A stretch of DNA of 64,000 nt, taken from positions 18,104,001 to 18,168,000 of the forward strand of contig CATNEN010000038.1 in assembly GCA_950097015.1 (NCBI GenBank), read 5' to 3'. This document shows positions 11,401 to 24,242 of this stretch, one piece after another; position 1 is the stretch's first letter, and each line of letters opens with the position of its first letter. Source of the DNA: Macrostomum hystrix (lineage: Eukaryota > Animalia > Platyhelminthes). Under the pieces are notes generated by a model. The model was not told the DNA's origin, ran no database searches, and saw nothing but the letters and a program-made list of their open reading frames with translations. The position numbers and the translations under genes are program-made.

Positions 11401-14400
11401 TCAGGGCAGATGTACACACCTGTGTGAGCGTGTGCCTGCATTGCATACAGTATCTGTGCGGTGTGTACTGACCTCGTTCTCTGCGGCCTGCTGCCCTCCT
11501 GAAACTATTATTTTATTGTCAGTATTTCTCTTGAAGGTTTCATAAGGTAAACGTAATCTACTGAGTTCGTACCAAAATTATTTAGGCTAAAGCCGCGGAT
11601 AGAATACTTGTTATGCAATAAAAGCTCATCGGTGCAAAACCTCGAAGGTACTCGTACAACGACAATGTACTGCCTGACAATGAGAAAGTCGAGGCAGATT
11701 TACACCCCTTATGAGTGTGTGTGCTCAGAGGTCAGCGGAAGGCACAGAAATAAACTGCAGGCCTAATGATTACTTACTGATGTGTCAGAGTCCAGATTCC
11801 TCTTGCAAACACCCTAACAAACACGAAACAGGAGCGCCAACGTCGGGGCGAGAACGACAGCCGGGTCTTCCTTGGCGACATCTACTCCTATATGGGAAAA
11901 TTCGCCGAGGCGGCTAAAAAGTACAAAGAGGCCGGCCAAGAGCACCGGGCGATGAACATGTACACGGACCTAAAGATGTTCGACCTGGCGAAGGACTACA
12001 TGGCCGACAGTCACCCGGAGGAGCAGAAGACCCTCATTGCCAAGCAGGCGGACTGGGCGCGTGATCAGAACAATCCGAAATCCGCGGCCGAGATGTACAT
12101 GACGGCTGGGGAGTACGACAAGGCCATAGACATGATGGGCAAGCATGGATGGAGTGAAATGTGAGACCGAAATTCAGCCTGAAGTCGATAGGCATAACAA
12201 TTCGTTCATAGCACTCATAGAGTACCCATACCTACAACCCATCAGGCTCATTGAAGTGGCTCGCAAGATGGACAAGGCGGACGTGAAGTACGTAACAAAG
12301 TGCGCCGAGTATCTGCGCCAGCTAGGCCAGTTCGCATTCGCAGCCGAGTGCTACTACAAAATTGGCGAGACCCAGAAGGTCCTCGAGCTGCACGTCGAGG
12401 CCAAGCACTGGGAGGATGCATTCCAGATTGTCGAGAAGCACCCGGAGCTGAAGCCGCTGGTGTACCGGCCGTACGCCAAATTTCTGGCCGAGAACGATCG
12501 ATTCGAGGAGGCGCAGGCGGCCTTTCATCAGGCCGGACTGGAGAAAGAGGCTGTTCGAGTGCTGCAGGTGTGGCAAGAATTTCAGCGAGGAAGGATGATT
12601 CCCCGCCCTAAAGAAACATTTTCCGGCCTAGTTTATTGGCTGGCTAGGCACTACATTCAAATTCTAATAATAATACATTCTAATTCTACATTCTCACGAT
12701 AGGAAGGTCATGGGTTCGATTCCCGACTTAATTCGAGCGATTTGTGTCCTTTTGCAATGAGACACTTCACTCTGGGTTGCTTCAGTTCAACCAGCTGTTA
12801 AATGGGCACCAGAATTAGCTGGGGTAATTAAGTTTGGGTGTGGCGTCCCCCCCAGTCCATGGACTGAACAGCCGTACGCAGCCTCCAGATTATGATTTTC
12901 TCTGACCACTCGCGCATCTGCCCTCCCCGAAACCCATGACTTGGCAGGTGCTGACGGAGAACGCGGTACACGAGCGTCGGTTCGCAGACGCCGGCTATTA
13001 CTACTGGAAACTGTCCATGCAGTGCCTGGACATCGCCGGCGAGGACCCAGTCCAGCGAGATGAAATGCTGGCCAGATTCGGCGAGTTTCGCGACAAAGCA
13101 GACACTTACTATGCCTATCAGTCTGTGCAGCACTTCATGGAGGAGCCGTTCCTTCGCGGCCAACCCGAGAATCTGCTCAACACGGCTCGCTATTTGGTCA
13201 GTATTGTTTGAAGCTCAGTGCGATGGTTTTGGAGAACCCACGACTTGGAGATCGGGGGTTCGATTCCTTAATAAACGACTCATAAGTTGTACTGACTGGC
13301 TAGTAGATCTTACAAAAGGTATACTTTAAAAGGCTTAATTTAAGAAGAGATTTGCGTCTGATCATGCAGTTCCAGCATTATTGTATAGAACAGATATAAC
13401 AAATTCTTGTCTCATTGGTTAAGCCCCGAATCCAGTTTCTCTACTGAACTCACTCAGGTGCACAAGTTGAGTCGCAAAGGCAGCGAATTGCCGCCTGGAG
13501 TCTCCAAGATGGCCGTCTACTACACAATGGCCAAGCAGGCCCTGGATCTCAAGGCCTACAAGCTGGCCAGGCACGCCTACGAAAAGCTTCAAGCGTTTAA
13601 AGTGCCGGCCCACATTCAGGAGACTGTGGAGCTGAACAGTCTGCGAGTCAGATCCAAGCCTTTTCACGATGTCGAGGTGAGACTGAACACCTCTCGATGC
13701 CGGGTTATCAATCTCAACCTAAAACCACACTCACCTCACCCCCTATAGGTATTTTCGTTTTCAAGGTACACCCGCTCCCCAGTCAATAATAACAACAACC
13801 TCACTCCCTACACCCACTCCCCAGTCAATAATAGCAACCACCTCACTCCCTACACCCACTCCACAGTCGATATCAACACCCACCCCACTCCCTAAGCCCT
13901 GAGTAGGCAGTTTAAAAATACTTCCTAAAAAATGACAAATCGATGTAAGTTTTACAGAACAATTTCAAACCCTGCCTCCATCCAGGACCTACTGCCGTAC
14001 TGCTTCCGGTGCACGACAACCAATCCGATGTTGAATGCCGCTGGAAATCGTTGCGTTCGCTGCAAACAACCGTTCATTTTCTCCTTTGTGTCATTTGGTA
14101 AGCTCGATTAGTGAGACAGAGGTTGACGATAGGAGAGAGATGAGAGAGGTGAGATTTGCGAAAAGAGAGAGATGAGACAGTGGGATATTAGACAGGAGAG
14201 AGATGAGACACTAAAGAGATGAGACAGCGAAGAGATAAGGCAGGGGAGAGATAAGATAGATGAGATATTAAAAAGGAGGGAGATGAGCCGATGGGGAGAT
14301 GAGACCGATGAGAAACTAAACAGGGGAGAGATAAGGCATCGGAGAGATGAGACATAAGAGAGATTAGATAGGTGAGAAATCAGACAGGGGAGATACGAAA

Positions 14401-15405
14401 AAAAGAAAAGAGAGACACTTATTAATGAGCTTTCATAACCGTTTCTGGCCTGCCGATGGCAGTTTCTCGACCCCTATTATATGTACAGGGCATAAGTAGT
14501 ATTTATAATATACAGTAATGTTAAAAGATTTTTTACTACTTTAAGTAGTTTGCTAGCTAAAATTGCAAGACGAAAAACTTAGAGCAAAAGAAATTAATTA
14601 AATGTTAAAAATCAAACCCTGTTAGACACGCTGCCGCTGGTGGAATTCTTTCTCGAGCGCGACATCAGCGACGATGAGGCCATGGAGCTGATTGAGTATG
14701 ACCCGGCGCCCAAGTCCAGCAAGCAGCAGCTGCCGAAGGAGAGGCGCGGGACGGAGACAGCCTCTAGCCAGTACCAGTCTCTGCGGCTCGACGAGGGCTT
14801 CGACGAGATGATGAACGGCGGACAGACTGGCGACGATCCGTTCACACAGAGGCTGATGAATTTCGACCCGGACTCCGACGAGTTTTCAAAAGTTTTTGTC
14901 GATAGGGAGACACTGAAGTCGATTCCTAGCAACGAGGTGGTGGTGCTGAAATGGCCCGCACCAATGCGCTGTCAGTTCTTCAAGTCGATGCTACCGGATT
15001 ACAGCACCAGCGTGTGCCACTCCTGCAATAAGGTAGAGGCTGGTGCTACTGTTTGTGTACATTGGAAAAGGGGTGAGGTTGGTGCAGTTTGTGTGCATTA
15101 GAAAAGGAGTGAGGTTGGAGCAGTTTATGTACATTGGAAAAGGAGTGAGGTTCGTGCAGTTTGTCTACTTTAGAAAAGGAGTGAGGTTGGTGCAGTTTGT
15201 CTACATCGGAAAAGGAGTGAGGTTGGTGCAGTTTGTCTACGTTGATAAGGAGTGAGGCTTGGACAGCTCACGAGTGCTTTGCCGAATTAAATTCATAGAA
15301 CAAACCTGTCTTGAAATGGCATTCTAGATCTTCAGCACAGACGACTTCGAGTTCACCTTTGTACAGCGTGGTTGCTGCCCATTCTGTAGGAAGACCAAGA
15401 ACTGA
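8487..15405 (+). CDS. IFT122: Intraflagellar transport protein 122 (WD40/TPR/Zn-ribbon). Exons approx. 8487-8545, 8753-8989, 9068-9278, 9367-9446, 9548-9623, 9741-10068, 10193-10395, 10552-11247, 11832-12160, 12246-12567, 12948-13196, 13458-13676, 13986-14097, 14626-15032, 15328-15405
   Basis: Recognisable IFT122 motifs ([89 protein letters not shown]-terminal CCPFCR). Splice phases are consistent throughout. Confidence 0.96.
11260..11470 (+). mobile_element. SINE family B copy (5'-truncated), in an IFT122 intron
   Basis: Shares CCTGAGCTCGATTCCGCGGCGAGGCCACATT...GGCCAACCT...CACAGTGA with copies at 42070, 52591 and 54565(-). Confidence 0.8.
12694..12897 (+). mobile_element. SINE family A copy (tRNA head, CORE-like middle)
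   Basis: B-box GGTTCGATTCC; TGTGTCCTT..GACACT..TTGCTTCAGTTCA..CAGCTGTTAAATGGG; 3' end GTCCATGGACTGAACAGCCGTACGCAGC shared by several copies. Confidence 0.85.
13767..13893. repeat. Three copies of a 42-bp unit in an IFT122 intron
   Basis: TACACCC starts recur at 13767, 13809 and 13851. Confidence 0.8.
14110..14418. repeat. Degenerate GAGATGAGACA purine-rich repeat
   Basis: Reverse complement of the TGTCTCATCTC repeats at 39901-39965 and 44775-45285. Confidence 0.7.
15035..15258. repeat. 36-bp minisatellite starting at the last IFT122 splice donor
   Basis: About six copies of GTGAGGTTGGTGCAGTTTGTCTACATTGGAAAAGGA. Confidence 0.9.
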
Positions 15406-15967
15406 TGCTGCAGGAGAGTTCTGAGATTGACAATTCCAGCTTGTCAAATACTTCGATTTTTTGCTTTTGGGACTTTTGGGTTGGATTTTGTTTTTACTAA
15501 GTTTCTTTCGCTTCTTCTTCTAAATGTATCGTGCATTATTAATTATCTATTCAACTAGTTAAATTAGAATGTATCGCAGCCAAATACTAGAGAAGGTTCT
15601 GGTACGGGCCCAGCTTTTCAAACACTATTTAACAGTCAGGCGAATACTGACTACTATAAGTAGGTGGGCATTCAGAGTTTTAAAATAAATATTCAAGTTT
15701 TTTAGGTCGAATCATCTTAACAGCCACACTGCATGAATTTCTAGGCAGTTGGAAGTTAAGCGACCGAAGCGGACTAAATTATTGCATGTAGTTGCTTCAA
15801 TTTATTTTAATTTGTCTGATTCGACGAGAAATTTGATATACTGTGATAGTTTAATAAACAAGTAAGACCGTGCCTTTAAAAAAGCACTAGACACCAAATC
15901 GAGAGGACTTGACGATTTATAATTTCATTAATTACGAAAATTTGAGTGACAGACTACTGTGTAGAGT

Positions 15968-16670
15968 GGCTAGCAGGCAGTCGACGAAACACCGAGTTCG
16001 CGCTTGCCCCCGCCGGTAGGGTGCTTGCGTCGTCAGCAGAAGTACCTCTTGCACGGGCTGGGGGCAGTACTCCTCGGCTCGGATTAGGTGGCCTGCCAGC
16101 TGTAGCCGCCGACGGCGCAACAGCTCGCTTGGACGGGTCAGGCCGGCGCGGCGATAGAGTGCCGCGTTGGTGGTCCGATCATCATTGCCGCGACTTTGAA
16201 GGCAGCGCGCAGCAGGCCAGCGTGCGCTGCATCGACTAGATGCTCCAGCGTCTCCGTCAGCGTCCATGTCTCGGCGTTGTAAAGCAGGACAGTCTCGACC
16301 ACCGCCTGGAACAGCGCCGCCCTCTGACGGTCAGGCAGGGCCACGGAATGCAGGACAGCTCGCACCGAGTGGAAGGCTGCCCAGGCAAGACCGCGGCGAC
16401 GCCGCAGATCCTCGCGGACGTTAGGCACCAGACCGCCAAGGTAGACGAACTGCTGACAGCGCGGGAGTTCCGCCACCTGCCCGTCAGCGCCTCGGCAGAA
16501 AATTGCGGCCTCGATGTCGCCCGGCACGCAGAGCACGACGACTGCCTGCTAGCCGACGCCGGCGCCCCGGATACTGCCGGGGGTCCTGCTTTTGTTCGCG
16601 CCCAGGCCTTGAAACATGCCTTCTGACGCCATGGACCATGGAGAGACCTGGCGTATATTGTTGTTGTTGT
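15968..16670. mobile_element. 5'-truncated RTE-clade non-LTR retrotransposon with an inverted 5' segment (15968-16538 on -, 16539-16670 on +)
   Basis: RT thumb/C-terminal motifs (FVYLGG, LFQAVVETVLLYNAETWTLT, RRRRLQLAGHLIR) lie on -; the C-terminus, stop and (TTG)n tail lie on +; candidate TSD TGTAGAGTG. Confidence 0.88.
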
Positions 16671-17375
16671 TGTAGAGTGACAGACTACAGGGTAGAGTGA
16701 CAGATTACAGGGTAGAGTGACCGACTACAGGGTAGAATGACAGACTACTGGGTAGAGTGACTGACTACAGGGTAGAGTGACAGACTACAGGGTAGAGTGA
16801 CAGACTGCAGGGTAGAGAGACAGACTACATGGTAGAGTGACAGACTACATGGTAGAGTGACAGACTACTGTGTAGAGTGACAGGCTACAGGGTAGAGCGA
16901 CCGACTACAGGGTAGAGTGACCGACTACAAGGTAGAGTGACAGATTACAGGGTAGAGTGACTGACTACAGGGTAGAGTGACTGACTACAGGTTAGAGTGA
17001 CAGACTACATGGTAGAGTGACAGTCTACTGTTCTAGAGTGACAGACTACTGTTCTAGAGTGACAGTCTACTGTTCTAGAGTGACAGACTACTGCGCAGAG
17101 TGACAGACTACAGGGTAGAGTGACTGACTACAGGGTAGAGTGACAGACAACTGGGTAGAGTGACTGACTACAGGGTAGAGTGACAGACAACTGGGTAGAG
17201 TGACTGACTACATTATAGAGTGACAGACTACATGGTAGAGTGACAGTCTACTGTTCTAGAGTGACAGACTACTGCGCAGAGCGACAGACTGCAGGGTAGA
17301 GTGATAGACTACTGGGTAGAGTGAGAGTTTCCTAGTTAGAGTGAGAGACATCTAGCTAAAGTGACAGACTTCCAG
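16671..17375. repeat. 20-bp minisatellite (AGAGTGACAGACTACAGGGT)
   Basis: Visible tandem array; one unit lies left of the RTE insertion at about 15944-15968. Confidence 0.95.
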
Positions 17376-17801
17376 TCATAGTAAAGGCTGTTGTCATTTG
17401 ATTGCTAGGCTTAGTAAACAATTAGCAAACAAAAAGTAAAACTTTTTTATTTTTTCCAATTAAAATGATGAGAATAGTTGACACTCAAAATAAAAACATT
17501 ACCGAAAAACATTTCCTTGCAAAAATATCTACATGAGCATCATACTCAGTACTGAGTGAAACTTAATAATAAGCGCCTTTAAAGGTAAATATGGCGTGTA
17601 CAAGTATTTAATAAATTATTTATTTCAAATATTTGTACTAAGAAGTCGAGGTCTAATATTAAGATGCGATGCAGGCGTGTTCTACACCAAAATGTCAATG
17701 AAAACTGAAAAAACACAAGACAGTTATTTTGTCCGTTATTTATAAATTTCTCCATAAGAAGCACTAATCCTTGGATGAACTATTTACGCTGGTCCGTACA
17801 G

Positions 17802-20319
17802 TTAGACTTCAAGCCTGCTTGTACTGTCGCGCTCCGCGTCACCGGCTGCCGACTTCTCGCTGACGCCGGCGTAGGAGGTATCAGCCGCCTGTTGGACTCC
17901 CTTGGATAGTCGTTTCAGGGATCGAATGTAGCTGGATGACAGGTAGACTAGCTTGATGGAATTGGGGTCTAAATTGTGCATGGAGACCAGCATGACACTG
18001 CGGCTTAGCAGTTCCATCAGCGCCAACACATCCGACAGGACGGTCGTCACCTCGGAGGCCGCGGAAGGCTTGGACAACGCTGAGTGTTGGACCGGGCTTT
18101 GAGTTTGGCCGTTTGACTGAATGTTGCGCAACGACTTCAACACTGGATCAACGCTGCGCTGCACCAGATCGAGAATCGTCGACCGGAGACGCTGCAGTTT
18201 GAGCAGATTAGCATCGGCTGATTGTCGATCGCCAAACGCCATGGTCACACGACTGTTCATTGACAGCGCACCTTCGACTGGAGTTTCCGCTGACGACCTC
18301 AGTACGGCAGCTGCCGCCGCAGATAGTTCTGCTGCCTCTTTAATTGCTACAGCGTCGTCACCTGCGGCTGCTGACTGACACTGCTGCTGCTTCTGCTGCT
18401 GTTCATGCTGAGTCAGATACCCGGGCTCCATCGCAGTCGCCTTCAAGTTCTCACCCAACTGCGGCGCCAGCAGTTGACGCGACGGAGACCCTTGGTCGCG
18501 TTGATATTGATTGCGCAGTCGCGGCGACAGCTTCTTGCTCAGGGAGGCCCGGATTCTGCGGCTGAAGCCGAGGCCCCGATTGTTGCTGGAACTCTCCGAC
18601 TGCTGCGACTGAGGGAAATTTAATTTCGAGCAATCAATAATAATAAGCATTACAGATAATGTAATAAAATAGACGCTTTAGGTTGGCGGTTAGAGCGTCG
18701 GACCCACGAATTAAAGGTTGGGGGTTCGATTCCCGATTCAACTGTTTACGTTCGTTTAGCTCTTTAATAGGTACCAGCATTAGCTGAGGTAATTGAAGGT
18801 GGATGTGGCGTCCCCCCCATGGACTGAACGCAGCCTTCAGATTACACTCGATTGGGACAGGTGTAATCAATTATTTCATAGAAATTTTATCTAGTTCAGT
18901 TGAGAGTTGAGTCTATGGACACTAATTGCTTCTGGGCTGAGAATCGAACTCCTAACCTCTGTTTCAGAAGTTAAAAGTTCAAAACCTAAAAAATAAATAA
19001 GGCAAAAAATCTCTAGGTATTTCCAGGTATCATCAGATCTGCCCGAACGCAGCGCTCACCATGCTACTTTTTGAATGTACACGACGAGAAGAAGACTTGG
19101 AATGATGATCCTTTCCTGACTTGCACAATATTTGTTGTTGTTGCTGCTGCTGCTGGGGCAATACAAGTGGACCTGGCAGGGGAGGCAGCGGACGTGGAGG
19201 TGGAAGAAGCAGTTTTGGCGGTACTGGCTGCATTTCCTGTTTGTTTCGCTTGTTACTCAGTGAGCGCCGTATGGGACTGGGCAGAATCAGGGCCTTCATG
19301 GCTTGCGAGCATTCTCGGACAGCACCGTCCTGACAATTTTTTGAAGTGTTGGACGCCATCGCTAGAGAAACCAGCCTGGCAGGTGGCTGTGGCGCTGGCT
19401 GCTGCTGCTGCTGCTGTAGAAGTGCCGCCCCAGCCTCAGAACTGTTAGAGATGTTTGAATATTGAGCAATCAGTGTGCTCAACTGATGAGATACGCTGAG
19501 AAAATTGGCGTACACTGATTGGATACTGGCATTGCCGGCATCGTCCAAGCTGCCGCCTGCCTCAGCCTTCTTCGATGCCGGATCAGCCGAGGCTAGCGGA
19601 CTGGCTGACTGTGACGTCATGGAGGCCGACATAGAAGACGACTCTTCGCCACCGGAGCGGGTAAACGACGAACTATCAGCGGAGTTGCGCGAGTTGGACG
19701 AGGCGCCGGAGGAAAGCGACGAAGGCAGACGATGGCAACGGCATCGCAGGTGTTGCACTCGATGCCGACTCTGCCGGGAGGGAGACGAAGCATCTCTTCG
19801 TTGAGCTCTTTTTGAGTTGCTTACGTTTTCTTTGATTAGAGAGTTATGTTGATTGTCATTTTTGACAGCCTGGCCGGTGCATTTTTTAGTCGCGGTGGAG
19901 AGTGAGCTCAGCTGACCACCATTCATAGAATTTCTCAGCCGCTGCATGTCCGACAAGTGCTGCTTGACCCATTCGGCTTCGGAAGTCGACGCCACAGCGA
20001 CGGAGGTGGCGCCGGTGGCCAAAGACGCGGAGGTTGGCGACGCAGCCCTGGTGGATGTTGTAGTTAAGCGCTCCTGGGTCTGGAACTGCTGACTATGGAG
20101 CTTACGGGGAAAATGGCAGTCATCGTCTGCTGCATGCTGCTGCTGCTGATGCTGAAAATGCGTCTGCTGTACTGGACAAGGCGAGGCAGACCTTCTCGAT
20201 GGGCACTTGACCGCATTAGCCAATTCGTGCTCTTCTGATCTGATTGGAGAATAACAGCCTGACTGCTGCTGCTGCTGTGGTGCTGGCAGTGAATAAGTTG
20301 ATGCATTATTTGAAAACAT
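17802..20319 (-). CDS. Uncharacterised Ser/Gln/Ala/Pro-rich protein with a predicted helical C-terminus; exons 20319-19060 and 18608-17802
   Basis: Two long GC-rich ORFs joined in phase 0 (ATG|GTGAGC donor, CCCTCAG|TCG acceptor). No family recognised; an acceptor-like site at about 20331 suggests an upstream exon. Confidence 0.7.
18677..18845 (+). mobile_element. SINE family A copy (internally deleted)
   Basis: A/B boxes (GGTTAGAGCG..GGTTCGATTCC) and the shared 3' end. Confidence 0.8.
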
Positions 20320-20824
20320 TGGCAGTTAAGCTGCGAAAACTAATGAATTATTTGGCATGATTGTCGCCAAATCAGTAGTAAGTCAGAAGCCAGCAAGGAG
20401 GCAATGTACTGCCTAATCCACTGACTTCACGAAATACACCGTATGCAGACACATTTACTAGCTTTTTCATCATCATGCAGTGCACACTTTCACTCCTGGC
20501 CCTCGAGCTTAAGGACATTGGTGCATTTGCATCTATTATATAGAGAACTTACCTATTCCTGCCACCGTTTGACCAGTCGCTACACCAAAATGAAGCCTGT
20601 TCTGATTCCAAGAGGAATGCTGCTTGCCGCTACACGCTTCGCCGGAGCTATTGGGGTCCATGGGTTAAAGTTAGTCTTGGGAAGCGCTAGATTTCACGTA
20701 TTTTATAGTAAGCCCAGAGTTAATATAGGTAATAGTTTTGCAGTCAGATTGGGCCATAGACTATAGATAAATACATTCATGCTACGCGCTATTTTTAGAA
20801 ATTTATCTGGAACTTTAAAATTCA

Positions 20825-22049
20825 TAACAGGATATTCTGTATCTAGCACATCTTCACATGTGTGGAACCAACTGCATGTATAACAGGATATTCTGTATCT
20901 AGCATATCTTCACATGTGTGGAACTAACTGCATGTATAACAGGATATTCTGTATCTAGCACATCTTCACATGTGTGGAACTAACTGCATGTATAACAGGA
21001 TATTCTGTATCTAGCACATCTTCACATGTGTGGAACCAACTGCATGTATAACAGGATATTCTGTATCTAGCATATCTTCACATGTGTGGAACTAACTGCA
21101 TGTATAACAGGATATTCTGTATCTAGCACATCTTCACAAGTGTGGAACTAACTGCATGTATAACAGGATATTCTGTATCAAGCATATCTTCACATGTGTG
21201 GAACCAACTGCATGTATAACAGGATATTCTGTATCAAGCACACCTTCACATGAGTGGAACCAACTGCATGTATAACAGGATATTCTGTATCAAGCACACC
21301 TTCACATATGTGGAACCAACTGCATGTATAACAGGATATTCTGTATCTAGCACATCTTCACATGTGTGGAACCAACTGCATGTATAACAGGATATTCTGT
21401 ATCAAGCACACCTTCACATATGTGGAACCAACTGCATGTATAACAGGATATTCTGTATCAAGCACACCTTCACATGTGTGGAACTAACTGCATGTATAAC
21501 AGGATATTCTGTATCAAGCACATCTTCACATGTGTGGAACCAACTGCATGTATAACAGGATATTCTGTATCAAGCACACCTTCACATGTGTGGAACCAAC
21601 TGCATGTATAACAGGATATTCTGTATCAAGCATATCTTCACAAGTGTGGAACCAACTGCATGTATAACAGGATATTCTGTATCAAGCATATCTTCACATG
21701 TGTGGAACCAACTGCATGTATAACAGGATATTCTGTATCTAGCACACCTTCACATGTGTGGAACCAACTGCATGTATAACAGGATATTCTGTATCAAGCA
21801 TATCTTCACATCTGTGGAACCAACTGCATGTATAACAGGATATTCTGTATCAAGCACACCTTCACATGTGTGGAACCAACTGCATGTATAACAGGATATT
21901 CTGTATCTAGCACACCTTCACATGTGTGAAACCAACTGCATGTATAACAGGATATTCTGTATCAAGCACACCTTCACATGTGTGGAACCAACTGCATGTA
22001 TAACAGGATATTCTGTATCTAGCACACCTTCACATGTGTGAAACCAACT
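20825..22049. repeat. 56-bp minisatellite, about 22 copies
   Basis: Unit TAACAGGATATTCTGTATCTAGCACATCTTCACATGTGTGGAACCAACTGCATGTA. Confidence 0.97.
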
Positions 22050-22664
22050 CATTTACAACTGGAGCTTTAATGTTAAAAACACGAGGAGCAGTGGAATGAA
22101 ATTCAGAAACTAAAAACTCTTGTAATAAGGCCAGTATCGTAATTAATACTTCAAGTTAATTAATAGTCATATCTCTCTCCCTCTCCTTGTTTCAAATCGT
22201 AATTGAACAGCCCTGAATAACCAAGGTATTTATATTGAATTACTTGTGTTAGAAACTATTTATTATAACTGGTGAGTGTTAGCTGAGATTGGGGAACATT
22301 CTGGTCAACTTGAGAATTTAGGAAAGCAGAAAGAGAAACAAAAGTACATTGAAGACGCGCAAAGGTATATATGAATTTTACATGTATATATCAATTAGGA
22401 CACATTGGTTACACAGCTAAGCGACGGGTACAAAAACATAAATAATCTAGAATATTATACCAAAAACAATGGCCCACAGAGTGGAACACATATGATAATG
22501 AACAAGTCTGTGTCGTGGCTTGGAAAAATCTAGTTTTTATGTCGTATTATTGACCAGCTATTTGTTGACGCATTTAAAGTCAAGACAAATAAGACAGTAG
22601 CCAATGATAGCTATATGATAGCAATTATAATATAATAATTATCATTTGTATTAATTAAAATTAT

Positions 22665-23700
22665 ATTAGCAATCCATTTTATTCCATCATCCATAGATGT
22701 GGAGTATAGATTAGCAATCCATTTTATTCCATCATCCATAGATGTGGAGTATAGATTAGCAATCCATTCTATTCCATCATCCATAGATGTGGAGTATAGA
22801 TTAGCAATCCAATCTATTCTATCATCCATAGATGTGGAGAATAGATTAGCAATCCATTCTATTCCATCATCCATAGATGTGGAGTATAGATTAGCAATCC
22901 ATTCTATTCCATCATCCATAGATGTGAAGCATAGACTAGCAGTCCAATCTATTCTATCATCCATAGATGTGGAGTATAGATTAGCAATCCATTCTAATAC
23001 ATCATCCATAGATGTGGAGTATAGATTAGCAATCCCTTCTATTCCATCATCCATAGATGTGGAGTATAGATTAGCAATCCATTTTAATGCATCATCCATT
23101 GATGTGAAGCATAGATTAGCAATCCATTCTAATACATCATCCATTGATGTGAAGCATAGATCAGCAATCCATTCTAATACACCATCCATAGATGTGAAGC
23201 ATAGATTAGCAATCCAATCTATTCTATCATCCATAGATGTGGAGTATAGATTAGCAATCCATTCTAATACACCATCCATAGATGTGAAGTATTGATTAGC
23301 AATCCATTCTATTCCATCATCCATAGATGTGGAGTATAGATTAGCAATCCACTCTATTCCATCATCCATAGATGTGGAGTATAGATTAGCAATCCATTCT
23401 ATTCCATCATCCATAGATGTGGAGTATAGATTAGCAATCCACTCTATTCCATCATCCATAGATGTGAAGTATAGATTAGCAATCCACTCTATTCCATCAT
23501 CCATTGACTTACTTGACTTAGCGGCAGGGGGCCTCCATGACGGACGCAGCGAGGAGGCGGCTGTTGCCGCCCATATCGCTAACCCCTGGCATTCCATCAT
23601 CCATAGATGTGAAGTATAGATTAGCAATCCATTCTATTCCATCATCCATAGATGTGGAGTATAGATTAGCAATCCATTCTATTCCATCATCCATAGATGT
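22665..23700. repeat. 42-bp minisatellite interrupted by an 86-bp insertion
   Basis: Unit ATTAGCAATCCATTCTATTCCATCATCCATAGATGTGGAGTATAG-like; the long ORFs on both strands are periodic artefacts. Confidence 0.95.
23505..23590 (-). mobile_element. 86-bp retroposed 3' end of a non-LTR element
   Basis: GC-rich insert ending in a TAAGTCAAGTAAGTCA tail on -, flanked by a 14-bp duplication ATTCCATCATCCAT. Confidence 0.7.
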
Positions 23701-24242
23701 TACCCTTCCTAATAATGGAACACTGAAACTACACCCATAACATAGACTATTTAAATTTAAACACACAAAAAGCCTGAGGACGTAATATAATACAATGTAT
23801 ATAATACAAAAAATAAATAGTTTGCTTAGGCTTAGAGAGAACAATGGACAAATCCGATAATTTGCTGCAGTGTGATAATGTTTTTATGTATATATATGTA
23901 GATATCAATAAGCAGGGATAGGCATTCTCCACGCCTACAAACAACATCAACGAAACTGTACAGCGGGTACTGATTCAAAGCGGACCGATTTTTTTATTTA
24001 AATTAGCAAATCCAACACGGTGTGAATTTTACATCGCTTTCTAGTGAAAATACAGACCAGCAAAAATTAGGCGGGATAAATTTGTTAACTCTGAAAAAAT
24101 ATACATTTACTGATTAAAATTATAAATGAGCCATTTATGATAATAGCGCGAAAAACTTCAGATAAAGATGTACTTTAGAGATAAATTTAGAGATAATGCT
24201 CGGGTTTGGCAATGAGCAAGAAGTCATTGAGTGGTTTAAATA

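Noticed and set aside
11365-11420. Hammerhead ribozyme in SINE family B (CTGACGA / GAAA motifs)
   Set aside because: The motifs fall within a simple hairpin and do not form the three-stem junction; the core is not conserved among copies.
20825-22049. CRISPR-like appearance of the regular arrays
   Set aside because: Units are contiguous with no unique spacers, the context is eukaryotic and there are no cas genes.
23505-23590. HDV-like ribozyme (minus strand contains GCCTCCTCGCTG, resembling the HDV P3/L3)
   Set aside because: I could not build consistent P1, P2 and P4 helices in the required order; the tail and TSD fit a LINE 3' end better.
22611-23627. 338-aa repetitive ORF, and similar ORFs at 24135-24695, 28375-29133, 38917-39354 and 44745-45374
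   Set aside because: Open frames are by-products of stop-free tandem units; several lie inside introns of other genes.
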